Shown in pieces: positions 10,830 through 22,481 of a stretch of DNA of 50,802 nucleotides. The stretch lies in contig MQRK01241613.1 of the NCBI GenBank assembly GCA_001938485.1, forward strand, positions 1 to 50,802, in the 5' to 3' direction. Each line of letters starts with the position of its first letter. The stretch's first letter is position 1. Made by a program: the position numbers and the translations under genes. The stretch is from Girardia tigrina. Lineage: Eukaryota. The notes under the pieces were generated by a model. It saw nothing but the letters and a program-made list of their open reading frames with translations. It had not been told where the DNA came from and made no database searches.

Positions 10830-10990
10830 GATTATGTAATCAATTATGTAATAAAGACTATTTGAAAATGTTTAACAGAGAAGTTGAGTGTGAATCTTGA
10901 ATATTAATTTTTGGATCATTGGATCTTATTACTAATGCCTCACACGTTACTCTCTTTGAAGGTTCTATTTGAAAATGTTTAACAGAGAAT
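10830..10990 (-). mobile_element. Penelope-like element 3' fragment (GIY-YIG C-terminus)
   Basis: KRVTCEALVIRSNDPKINIQDSHSTSLLNIFK*, homologous to 28400-28496. The sequence CTATTTGAAAATGTTTAACAGAGAA is directly duplicated at 10858 and 10965. Confidence 0.75.
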
Positions 10991-11006
10991 TTAGAATTTT
11001 TTAATA

Positions 11007-12255
11007 TTAGGTTGGTCGAAAAATAATGGCGGTTTTGGGACACAAACTTCAAAGACGTTCAAATTCACAGAAACAAAAGTTTATTAATCAAAGTATAAAC
11101 CGTTGGCATCAATACATTTTTGCCAACGAGAAACAAGTTGTTTTATTCCATCAGCATAAAATGCATCGGTTCTCGAAGCGACGAATTCTTGGAAGGCATT
11201 TTGAGCACCATTTTGGTTTTTGAATTTTTTTTCACGTAGGAAGTTGTACAAATGCCTGAAACAGTAGAAGTCCGTTGACGAGAGGTCTGGTGAATATGGT
11301 GGATGAAGCAGGGTTTCATAGCCCAACTCATTAAGCTTTTGAAGAGTCACTTTTGAAATATGAGGTCTAGCGTTATCATGAAGAAGGATGGGACTTTTTC
11401 GATTGACCAATCCTGGATAAAGGGTTTTCAATTTTTTATGCATTTCATCAATTTCATGACAGTACCTCTCCGCTGTGATTGTTTCACCTGGATTCAAGAA
11501 ACTATAGTGGATGATTCCAGCATCACACCATCCAAACTGTCACCATAACCTTACGGGGTGTTAGTTTCGGTTTTGGAAAGTGTTTCGGTACTTCATCTTT
11601 GTCCAACCACTGTGCAGATCGACGTCGGTTATCATACAGGATCCATTTCNNNNNNNNNNNNNNNNNNNNNNNNNNNNNNNNNNNNNNNNNNNNNNNNNNN
11701 NNNNNNNNNNNNNNNNNNNNNNNNNNNNNNNNNNNNNNNNNNNNNNNNNNNNNNNNNNNNNNNNNNNNNNNNNNNNNNNNNNNNNNNNNNNNNNNNACCC
11801 ATCTGCAAGTTCTCTGATTGTTGTACGGGGATCTGTTTCCACCATTGTCCTCAAATTGTCGTTGTTCACAGCAACTGGACGACCACGACCTTCTTCATCT
11901 TCAAGGTTTTTATCTTCATCAGAAAATTTTCGGAACCATCGTTGCACTGTGCGCTCAGAAGCTGTTCCCTTGCCAAACGCTTTATTGATATTGCGAGCCG
12001 TTTCTGCTGCTTTACGACCCAGTTTAAATTCGTACAAGAAAATTGCTCGAATATTAATTTTTTCCATTATTAATTTAGCACCGTAAATATTCTAAAAAAT
12101 AACAGCAATATGTTAATAGTGGCTATTGGAATATACAGCTAGGCATAAGATTTCAAATAATATCTAACACTAATGCATTTAAACTTATATACATATCAAA
12201 GTAGATAAACAAAGTATAAAGCTCAAAAACCGCCATTATTTTTCGACCAACCTAA
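11007..12255 (-). mobile_element. Mariner element (Hsmar1/cecropia-like TIR), DD34D transposase 12067-11084 spanning an N gap
   Basis: TIRs TTAGGTTGGTCGAAAAATAATGGCGGTTTT with TA TSD. MEKINIRAIFLYEFKLGRKAAETARNI..., LLHDNARPH, HPPYSPDLSSTDF. Appears frameshifted near 11540-11560. Confidence 0.93.
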
Positions 12256-13675
12256 TATTTTAAGAGTTTATTCTTTATTTACAAAGTAGATTTAAATTTG
12301 TTGAAACAAACAAAATATGAAATAACCTGATGTATAAAGCAGAAAATACATTTATCTTTCTGCCAGAAGAACTTCTTTTATGTATTATATATGCCCATTT
12401 AAAAATCATTTTACAAATCGAACAATTTTTTGAAAACTTTTTGAACGAAGCGTCAGTCAAGCTTATGTCAAATTCGAAACAAGAATGACAGTAAACAAAA
12501 ATTGTCTATATGAGACATATGATTACAAAAAATTATTACAAAAATTTTGGATAACATTCGAGAATATCTGAACAGTGATAGATAAATGAAATAATTTATC
12601 AATAAACGGTAAAAAGAGCTTGAATTAGTAATCCTAATCTCTATAGCTGAGCCATTGCTATTTTTTATTTCCTTTTTAGTTTCTTTTTCGTTTTAAAACT
12701 TAAAAATTTGTATAAAATATTAAACGTGACATTTATGTATGTTACATTAACAAATGCTCATGATTAAATAATTAAATGGATTTTGTTCGCTACACGATTT
12801 CAAGAAGTTTACTCAATTTTTTAGTAAACAAGTTTTATTTTTTATTTCGATATGTTTTTTTTTCAAAGATGGAAATTATTTCTTATGAATTTCTTAACGT
12901 ATATTGTTTCATCACCTTAGACATGGGTAATTTATTTGTTTTAACTAAATTTTTATTTCACTGCAATAATCATTTTTTAGATCATTACAATTCACTTCAT
13001 GTTTCGTGCTAAATAATACATATTCAGGTGTTTAGTTCATAGAGAGAACAAAACATTTAAAAAATATATAAACGGTTAATCTTTGTTAAATTACATAAAT
13101 TTTTAAAATTATCATTGGAAATAACATTCAGCAGCCGGACTTGGAGAACTCATCTTCTGCAGTATTTCTATCACATTCACAACGTTAGATTTTGCAATTT
13201 TTCTTACATTACATCAAAACTTACATTAACTCGACGTTTTTTTGTATTTTAAATGCTGTATTTCCCTGAATAAACGGCGATCTTGATAATTCAGCGCACT
13301 CTAATTAAATAATAAAATTTAATTATAATTAAATAAATAAGTGTATGAAAACCCCATTTTTAATTATTTTATTTGAAATTTATTCAATTACGATTTCGTT
13401 TTCATCATCAATTTCTGTCATTATAACACATTCATCAATATCTGCGTCTTGATTTTTAGGAAAATCCCAATATTTGAAAGGTGTTTGATTTAAAAAATTA
13501 ACCTCATTCAACTCAGATGAAGTAACTCCACATAGAGTTTGGGAAATTGAATTAAAGACACCAGGTGGAAAACATGTATTTCCATAATAATGAATGGAAA
13601 AATACTAAATGCAGTAACAATGAAGGTAGAATGACAGTAGTAGAGGGACAGGAACATGTCTGCATTGCATGCAAG

Positions 13676-14545
13676 TCAATATTTTGTGGGGAATCCCATG
13701 TTGTGGATGACAGACTTCAGTCTTCTTGGCATTGAGCTTATCAAACTCTGGCAGTATTGCACTGTTATTTCATTGGTATTATTATATGAAATATTAGTAC
13801 ATACATTAGTATTCAATTCTGAAATAATTCTGGAGCAGTGAGCTTTGACCTGGCATTACAAATCTATCTAAAGATTTTCAAATAGGTTGTAATTAGGACT
13901 TTGTCCAACCCAATCCATATGTTTGAATTCCAATTGAGCAAATTTTTCCAGAACAAACTTTGAGTGGTGACAAGAAGCTCCATCATCCTGCACTTTAGCA
14001 TTTTTAATATTCTCAAATTGTTCAATTACTATTACCCTTAATTCATTCTCAAGGATGGAACTATACCAATGAGAATTCATTCTTCCTCTTTGTTACGGGA
14101 AATTAATTTTCCCAGCACCCCTATGTAAGAAACTACCCCATAAATGAACTGAAAGGTTATGTTTTACACTTGGGCGCAAATTTTGAGGCAAATAAGCTTC
14201 TCCAGCGGCTCTGTAAACTCTTGCTCTCTTTTATCCACTATAAAGAGTTAAATCTGTTTCATCAGTAAAAAAAAACACTTTTCCAAAAGGCTAGAGACTG
14301 AATCAAATGGGACTTGGCCCACTTCACTCGTGTAGATCTTTGAAAGGCATTTACATAAGGTTTTTCTTTTTCAAGAAAATTTTTCAAAATCATGGATTTC
14401 AAGCAATTTTTTACAGTCTTGGCAGTCACTACAGTACCACCAGAGGTGACATGTTCATATAGCAGTTCTTTTGATGACAGAAATGATTTTTTCTGACAGC
14501 ATATCTCAGTTTGCTTGCAGCTCTTTGTTACGGTCTGAAATACAT
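13676..14545 (-). pseudogene. Degenerate Tc1-family (DD34E) transposase
   Basis: KPYVNAFQRSTRVKWAKSH...FWKSVFF.DE, VQDDGASCH...DWVGQSPNYNLFENL, LISSMPRRLKSVIHNMGFPTKY*. Multiple disruptions; TIRs were not found. Confidence 0.85.
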
Positions 14546-16899
14546 CTATTGACATACACATATAACAAAAGAAAAAGAAACGCGAAGTTGGTTTAATACA
14601 TTTATTTAACGGGTATGCCACAATAATGAGGTCGCAGATCGGGCTTGAGATTCTGGAGTTGTCCTTGTTATCATCGCGGACCGACGAAACATTGTAGACA
14701 TCGCTTCGAAGCTAAAAACAACCATATAAATGAACAAACATATAAAGTTACTCCAAAACTTACCCAGTGGTCGAAATTGCATATCTGACCCTCTTCTGAG
14801 AGGTCTTCGCATCCCGATTTCATTTTTCTAATCCGCGAGTTGAGAACAATTTCCCGAGCGGAGATATACCCCTGTCAAGTTGAAAGAATCAATTAACAAA
14901 TATAAAATAATTAATTAAAACTTACGTGACTCAACAAAAGAAGTAGAAATCACCAGACGACTGTGAATCAGCGTGATTCATCCGTGATTAATCCACCCGT
15001 GCATTCGAAAATATTAGAATATTCATCAACACACAAACCAAGCATTCCATAATAAATCAAAACCTACCAAAAAATTTCGTAGACACACAGACACGTTCGA
15101 CCAATCAGTGTTGAAGGAATCATTGAATTCATTGCTGGTAGAGCATGATTGGATGGAAGGGAGCGATAGGGTGTCCCACTAGTGGTATATAATGAGAACC
15201 GTTCCACAGTTATTTGACCTTGAATTATTTGACTTTGAAATTGACTTTCACTGACAAATAATCACTCAACGACATTACTATTTGATAAAGACAAGAACAG
15301 GCCACAGAAATAATCAGCGAGTTGAATGATCTGAAAAGGAAGCCGACGAGAACTAATTCGAGCATTTGAACAGACAATCATCCTCCGGATATCAAATATA
15401 TTGTAATTAAATTTGCTGTTTTACATTTTGTTAACCTTTGATTAATCTGAATATATGTACATTACGAGTAAGGTTTGCTTAATAATTTATTCTGACTAAC
15501 CTTTTATTTTATCCTACTTTAACAGTCTAGGGAGAGAGTTAAGTTTCGTCGTCGTTGTCTCCGTTCTCACCATGAATATAAAATACCCAATGCCGAGATA
15601 TCAACCCAGATTATTAAATGAAAAACCCGAGGAAAATGTCCGATGCGATTAATCGATAGTGGAGAATCGCTCGAAAATTTGTTTCTAAAAATATAACTCT
15701 GTCTAGAAATAGACTCTACAGAGAATAGTCACATTCGTGTATCATCGGCACACCTATTGGTTGCTACAGGAATGAGAGATGAGAGCGACTTTAGATTTTT
15801 ATTAACGAGCGTGCAGGTAGATATGGAGACAGACGTTTAGAATTATCGAGAGAATGATGCTGACAGGATTATCTGTCTGAGTATTAGATTATGCTATGAG
15901 ATAATAAATTAATTTTAATATTACTTTATCGTATAAATAAATGAAATAATTTGCAATGTCAAGATTAGAATGGAGGTAAAGTATCTGAGTTAATTGAGTA
16001 CTTTATACGTGTTGTCGATATATAAATACGAAAAGATTTTCCTTCGCGTGAGTAGAATAGAATGAGTATTTTTTGACATTAATGATTGAACGTTGCGTTA
16101 ACATAAATCAATGAATTAGAATATTAAACTGAGTGTAATGTTAGATATGAATTAATAATGTGAATTGATTTAATAATATGAATGATAAATCATAAATCTG
16201 GTAAAATCTATGAAACTGTTGATGATCGAGATATCTCGAGATAAGCTGAAGTAGAGTAAAATTAATAAATAAATAATAAGAATAATAAAATAATAAAATT
16301 ATGATACAAAATGAACTAAATTAAAATAATTTACGTGTATAAATGAATCGACCAATGATAAAAGCAGCCGTAAAATAACGACTTACAGTAATATTTAATG
16401 ACGATATACGAAATTATAACATAACATGATGAATATAATGCTTATACGAATTGATGATTTTTAGAAACACGACAATGCCACAAGTCTAACGATACATAAC
16501 AGAACAAGCATGAGCGAAGCATTCATTGGAGAAATATGTAGCTACACAAAATCATCCCTAATCGACGCTGATCTAGGCGGGGGCCCATAGCTCGTCCTGT
16601 TTTTAATCGAACCCAAAGGCCCTTCGAGCTTGCACTGCTAGTCAGATGTCAACTGAGAAGAGGCGTCCGACCCGCTTACAAATATAATCACTAAAAGGAG
16701 TAAACAAATTTCTAAAGTGACATTGGGTTGTGGTTGACCCTTAATAACCACTGGGGGCTCTTAAGCTTGCAAAATGTTTTAACTCGAAAGGGTCGTGACA
16801 TCTTGATATAATATTCATCACCCCATGACAATTTTAACGTGTACCATGGCAGGATCCTGTTCTATTGAACATCTACATTTGAAAATAATAATTAATAAC

Positions 16900-18434
16900 T
16901 GTAGGGTTCGAAAATTACTCAACGGATAATTCCGGAGTTAAATGTCATTCAAAATAAAAGAAAAGTGACATTTGATAAGAGAATTTATTCAAATTTTTCG
17001 CCAAAAAAGTGATTTAGTTAAACAAATTGTTTTTTTCACAAATTATTATTAGTTTTTATTGTGAACTGTTTTTATAAATATAAATATTGGATTTTAATAT
17101 TATAGATATATTTATAAATATTAATATTTAATTTTTTTTGTCACTACATCAGCCCCCAACGATAAATGCGGAGCATGATGAGAATTATGGTTTAGTAGGA
17201 GAGATCTGTGAGTCATTAAACTGGACAAATGGTGCAAAGGAGACGGATCGTCGTGCTAAAAATGGAGGTTTATTGTTGCATTGGGTGTTATAATTGATGT
17301 GGTCATAATTGGTGTTGTGATTGATGTGGTTGTGGTCGGTGTTGTTGTTGATGTTGTTGTAGTTGGAGTTGTGGTTGATGTAATTGTTTTGGGTATTGTG
17401 ATTGATGTGGTCGTGGATACCTACACGGAATGAAATTGATATATTGAATATATAGTATAAATAAAAATTATACAAATTAATTAAACAAAAAGTAATATAA
17501 TAAAAAATTATCTTCTGAATGTCACTGGGATCGGTCTTGTGTGGAACTGCGGTCTGCTCGTGATTCATCGATCCGGTTGCGGTTGTCGATTCTGGAACTG
17601 AGAGATTCAAATCGATGAATCCGGTCGGAGCAGTTGCCGAATCAGGAAGTGAGACATTCAGATCATTATATCCGGTGGAAACGGTTGACGAGCCGGGAGC
17701 TGGAAGAATCTGATCGGTCTGTGCCGTAGTTTGGTGGATATTGAAATTCAAAGCGACGATACGGAGACCACCGGCCGAAATTTTGATTGCATTGGTCTGT
17801 TGAAGGCGAATATTGCAACTGGGCGGACTGACTGATCGTGGAATTGTGATTTCTAACTGTCAGTTCAGGATGTTCGGTTTCATATTGCGGTAATCATCGC
17901 CCGGCATGTTGATGACCGGACTGGTTAGTCGCATGTGGACGAATAGCTTGATCTGTTCAATTGATCGAATAAATAAGGTCCACACGTGATCCCTTGACGA
18001 CGTATCTGATACGGCGATCGGAACGGCTGTCGGAATATTGAATATTCGGATTAGACCGCTTTGAAATTCCGGTTGTCGGATCGGAGAATTGCCGTCGCCT
18101 GGAATCTCGATCGCTGAAATGTATTCATGCAGGATAACTGATAGAGGATCAGAGTAGCCCTTTCTTTTTTCTGACACCATTTTGTAGGGTTCGAAAATTA
18201 CTCAACGGATAATTCCGGAGTTAAATGTCATTCAAAATAAAAGAAAAGATACATTTGATAAGAGAATTTATTTAATTCAAATTTTTCGCCAAAAAAGTGA
18301 TTTTGTTAAACAAATTGTTTTTTCACAAATTGTTATTAGTTTTTATTGTGAATTGTTTTTATAAATATGAATATTGGATTTTAATATATAGATATATTTA
18401 TAAATATTAATATTTAATTTTTTTGGTCAATACA
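16900..18434 (-). mobile_element. Complete non-autonomous LTR retroelement (TRIM-like, 1535 bp) with a cargo ORF
   Basis: LTRs at 16900-17148 and 18183-18434 (TG...CA; about 8 substitutions and 3 small indels by eye). 5-bp TSD ATAAC. PBS TGGTGTCAGAA (18169-18179) matches the tRNA-Leu 3' end TTCTGACACCA. G-rich PPT-like GGGGG next to the 3' LTR. Confidence 0.93.
17256..18180 (-). pseudogene. Cargo ORF of unknown function with T/S/P-rich repeats and a predicted mucin-like tail
   Basis: One reading frame runs 18180 to 17512 (223 codons, a single TGA at 17862-17860). A 91-nt AT-rich intron-like segment lies at 17511-17421, followed by the Thr-rich exon VSTTTSITIPKTITSTTTPTTTTS...NLHF*. Confidence 0.65.
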
Positions 18435-19316
18435 ATAACTTTTAGGCTTTAATATTTATTAACTTATATTGTAGTTACCCTTAGTGTAATTTCCACAACT
18501 CTTCTAAATACACTTGAAATAGCAGATATTTCACGAAAGGACTTTCCATCATACCTCAGTTTTAAAATACATTCTCTCATCTGTGGAGCCAAATCCTGTT
18601 TTTCACTTATTCTACAATGATTCAGAAAACAGATAAATTAAAAACGTGCGTGATTTCTATCTGGCAAAACAAAATGAATAAATATATATTATTTAAATTT
18701 TATTTTACACATGGTGTTTTTAATTCAATTTCTCCCACTGTACAGAAAATTACTTTACTATCACCTAACACAATGCTAATTGAACTCATGCAATCATTTG
18801 TAATTTTGAAATTACCATCAATCTTCCAGATTCTGATCCACTCGTTATACAGTTCACTATATTTATGTTCAAATGATACATTCCATGAATTATCAACAGG
18901 CAATAAAAACTTTGTACATTCACCAGGAATGCATACCCGTCAAATGGGAACGAAAGGCATCCCAAACCAGTATCCTTGGACAAAATGATAAAATTTTTCA
19001 ACGTGATGAAATCTTGGTCCTTGTAGACTGTGGTATAAATTCATCCATTTCGATAAAAGTAGGATAGACACCCGTAACATTTAATTTCTTACTCCTTTAA
19101 AAAAAATAATTGTGTGAATGTCTTTCCCTTTGCCATTGCAGATATTTGAGAATCAAAGTTATATTTTTTAGATTCTACTTCTGGTGAGACGAGATGAATC
19201 TTTATTCAAACTAGTCCACTAAACTGATTGTATAGTTCTTTGTTTTTCTTTTTTGAAAAATAGATAGTTAAGGTTTATTATATCTATGTAAAAAATGTTT
19301 TTTTATGTGTTTAAAA

Positions 19317-19571
19317 AGGTGTCGGGCAACCGGTGCGCCGCGAACATTTTTGTAAAATATTTAAAATTGTTACTGTTATTGAACTTGTTATTGAAATATT
19401 GCTGTAGCAATATTAGTCGTATTTTTGCATCGTTATAAAACACAAAATAAGTTTCGTACACAGTAATTGTAATTGCTTACGAGTAAATTTACAGTGAGTC
19501 CCACATGTGCGCCGCGAAAAAAAAAATTTAAGCTTTGTGCGCCGCAACTCCAAAAAGGTTGCCCGACACTG
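19317..19571. mobile_element. hAT MITE (255 bp)
   Basis: 8-bp TSD GTTTAAAA (19309-19316, 19572-19579). TIRs (AG)GTGTCGGGCAACC / GGTTGCCCGACACTG. Three subterminal GTGCGCCGC motifs. Confidence 0.85.
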
Positions 19572-19739
19572 GTTTAAAAAATTATGAATAAACAGTTTTC
19601 TTTAAATATTTGACAACAGAAATTGCGGTAACGAAATAAGATGAATTTGGATTGTTACCGTTACAGAAATGTCACAGCAAACAGTAAAAATATTTATGTT
19701 TCCAAAGATGTATCAATATATACATTAAGTACAATAATA

Positions 19740-19790
<51 letters not shown>
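19740..19790. repeat. (TA)n microsatellite at the 3' end of a Penelope fragment
   Basis: Read directly from the sequence. Confidence 0.9.
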
Positions 19791-19796
<6 letters not shown>

Positions 19797-20545
19797 GTGT
19801 CTTGTGAACGCGAGTTTAATATTTTGAAAATATAATTTGATTAAAGCTTTTCTTTATACTATTATTGGATATGTTTCGATGTTTATATACATCATCATCA
19901 GCAATTTTAATACAATTTTAATAGATACATTAACTTTAAAAGGTATATTACGAATTAAATATTATGATTTATTAAAGATTATTGAGTAATAATGGCAAAA
20001 ATATTTTAATTAAAAATTTTAAGTATTGAAATATCCTTACTTTGCCCATTCTGAATGTTAATTGATGTGTTGTAGTGTCTTATAAATAGAGATTCACAAA
20101 ACCGTCGTTCGTAATGTGAATCAAATCCCTTTGGTAGAATAGAAAACCCATTTTTTGAAATGGATGAGGTTCTATCCTTACAACATAACCAATGATCAAG
20201 AACCTTACTTGGGTTTTGAGATGATGATTTGTCTCTCCTATGTACGAGTTTCGATAATGTTACATTAGAAAAATTATGTGCAGATACACGGGTTAAAAAC
20301 AATTAAAAGAAGAAAATACTAAAGAATACAAAGAAATCATCAAAATACAATTTTCTGAAGGATTTATAGCTTTTAAGAAGAGTATTTGTTGAACAATAAG
20401 TAGTACCAAAGTAGTCTCTGTCACATCCAAAGTTCAAAGTTTCCTCTCAAATAAATCGAAAACAGTTTGTGGATAGCAAACTAATCTGGTATATAAATTT
20501 AATTGGCACGAGTCAACCGAGTAAAATTCTTGACCATTGGTTAAA
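19791..20545 (-). mobile_element. Penelope-like element 3' end (third family) with an inverted upstream segment
   Basis: Minus strand: SKVLDHWLCC...FSILPKGFDSHYERRFCESLFIRHYNTSINIQ...ILKIFN* (GIY-YIG C-terminus). Plus strand 20350-20500 reads FSEGF...SKVQS...NKSKT...NLVYKF (RT-EN linker), in the opposite orientation. Confidence 0.75.
19864..19905 (-). ncRNA. Minimal type I hammerhead ribozyme motif in a Penelope pLTR
   Basis: Minus strand ATTG-CTGATGA-T-GATGT-atataa-ACATC-GAA-ACATAT-C-CAAT: 4-bp stem I, 5-bp stem II, AUC cleavage triplet. Confidence 0.85.
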
Positions 20546-21380
20546 TTTATATTTCAAAAATATTTTTAGCATTAACGAATTATTAATAAAAACATTTTCA
20601 AAAACATTTAAGCAATCCCGCTTTAGCGCATTTGAAGGCGCGCATTTGTTGGGTCACCATGTTTAGCCTCGTGACAATCAAATTTATAAACTAAATTAAG
20701 GTCTATGCGATTAAACGAACGACTAGATCTCTAAAATGTAGCATCTTGTTGTTTCTCTCTCATACACATGATAGTTTATTTAATTGGATGAAAAATTATT
20801 CTCTAGTGTGAGTGAATGTTGTGTAATTTATATTACTTTTATTTAAATAATATCTGAGTTTACCTTTATTCAAATTGTTGTCAAATAAAGCCTTCTCTTT
20901 GGCCTTATCTCTTCTCTACAATCCTGTTATAGGATTCCTGTACAAACGTGCACCTCGTTTTGATAGTGTCTCACATTCCAAGCAAATGCCAACGAATAAA
21001 TGACACTCTTTGTAATAAAAAACTAACTACGCACTCCAAGCGACGTCCGATGATCGCGCCAGTTGTGTGGAACGGATTACTGTTAAATACCGGTTATTAA
21101 TTGACTGTCTTTTTTTACAAAATATTTTCTCAACAATTTTTCTCAAACTTTTTTACAGAAAATCTACGTACCAAAACTTTTTTCTCAAAATTTATCACAA
21201 AGATTTCTACGTAAATTTCTAAAAGTCGATTTTCAGTTTTTATACTTCATCTGTAATTCGAGGAAAATAAATATCCATTTGTTTAAATCGGTGGATCCTC
21301 GATCAGGAGTTTTATTTAAAAATAAATTAGTGTCACTCGTCTTAACTATTTTGATTTAGACAACAAGCTATCACGGCAGT

Positions 21381-22092
21381 ATGAAAACCCTAAAGATAGT
21401 GCCACAGCTCAACGGGCATAAGAACATATCTGTGTGGCTCGAACGGTTTATGGAATGTGCAGAAACGCTCAGCAAAGACAAACGAGTGATGTTACCGCTG
21501 GCGCTATCAGGCAAGGCTGCAATCGTCTTCAGTGTATTGGGAGAAGCAATACGAGTGGACTTCGATAAAAGTACAGCGGCGCTTCGCGAAGCTTTTGCGC
21601 CAAGCCCGAGACTGTCGTGAGCCAGTTTTGCTTCCCGAAGACTGGAGCCCAGAGAGAGTGTGGACTTCTTCATGGTCGATTTAAAGTGGCTGTCGGTCGT
21701 AATTTGTGGCAGCGAAGGCGGAGGAGAAGGGTTTGTTGCTCAGGTGTTCATAACTAGTCTGCCTGAGGTGGCCATGAAGAGTGTCGAGGTCGATGCGCTC
21801 GGTTAGAATCACGGTCTGGATTGCTCGTGATTGTGCCACTGGGATGGGGCGCACTCGGAATTCGTCCGACTGAGTATCGAGAGGAGGATGGCCATGGGAG
21901 CAAAAATATTTCAATTGCGGCAACGTGGGTCATATGGGTAGAGAGTGCCGGAACACGAAGTAGAAGGCGGCGGAAAACAAGTAGCAGGTCCTTACTACTG
22001 CGCGGGTGGGGGCCTGGATTCGTTGACGTTCGTATGTCGACGATCTCGGCGATTGTAGGTGATAGAAATGTCAGAGCAATAATCGATATAAA
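21381..22092 (+). pseudogene. Degenerate Ty3/Gypsy-type gag and start of the aspartic protease
   Basis: ISVWLERF...LPLALSGKA...ALREAFAP...FASRRLEPRESVDFF (gag), a zinc-knuckle relic YFNCGNVGHMGREC, then VGDRNVRAIID (protease DTG region). Contains stops and is truncated. Confidence 0.8.
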
Positions 22093-22481
22093 TGATATTT
22101 TTAAATAAATTGTTAGACTTATTTCGTATTTTACTTATCATTGTTATATTTAAATATGTAATTGAAATATTAGAATACAGTATATTTCGGTGTATACGAG
22201 ACAACCCTTTATCCCTAAACAATTGTCCGAAAATGGGGGATAGTCTTATCTAGGATCGTCTCATTAATAAATTATCTACTTATTTAGAATTTTATAAGTC
22301 AAAGTTTTTATTAATTAAACGAATATTTATCAATATATGTTTTATTTTTCTATTTATAATACCAATGACTTTTGAGTTAAAGATACATTTATATTAGCAT
22401 TTATAATTATATTTTAAACTTTCACATGGATTTGGTAAAAATATTTTTCTGTAAATTTGATTATTGATAAATTTGTTATTT

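Noticed and set aside
10600-10857. Expected hammerhead downstream of the fourth Penelope fragment
   Set aside because: No core motif is visible; the pLTR appears truncated or decayed.
7460-12086. Antisense and alternate-frame ORFs overlapping transposases (e.g. 7460-7672, 8199-8948, 11558-12086; also 47961-48407)
   Set aside because: Shadow ORFs of transposase coding sequence, some extended artificially by N gaps.
17185-17511. Unspliced reading with a transmembrane-like IIFYYITFCLINLY segment and an N/H-rich tail
   Set aside because: The hydrophobic stretch looks like a translated AT-rich intron, and the spliced Thr-rich frame is more coherent. Not fully excluded.
21060-21380. 5' LTR and PBS of the Gypsy gag relic
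   Set aside because: ACAACA at about 21360-21365 could end an LTR, but no partner LTR, clear PBS or TSD can be shown.
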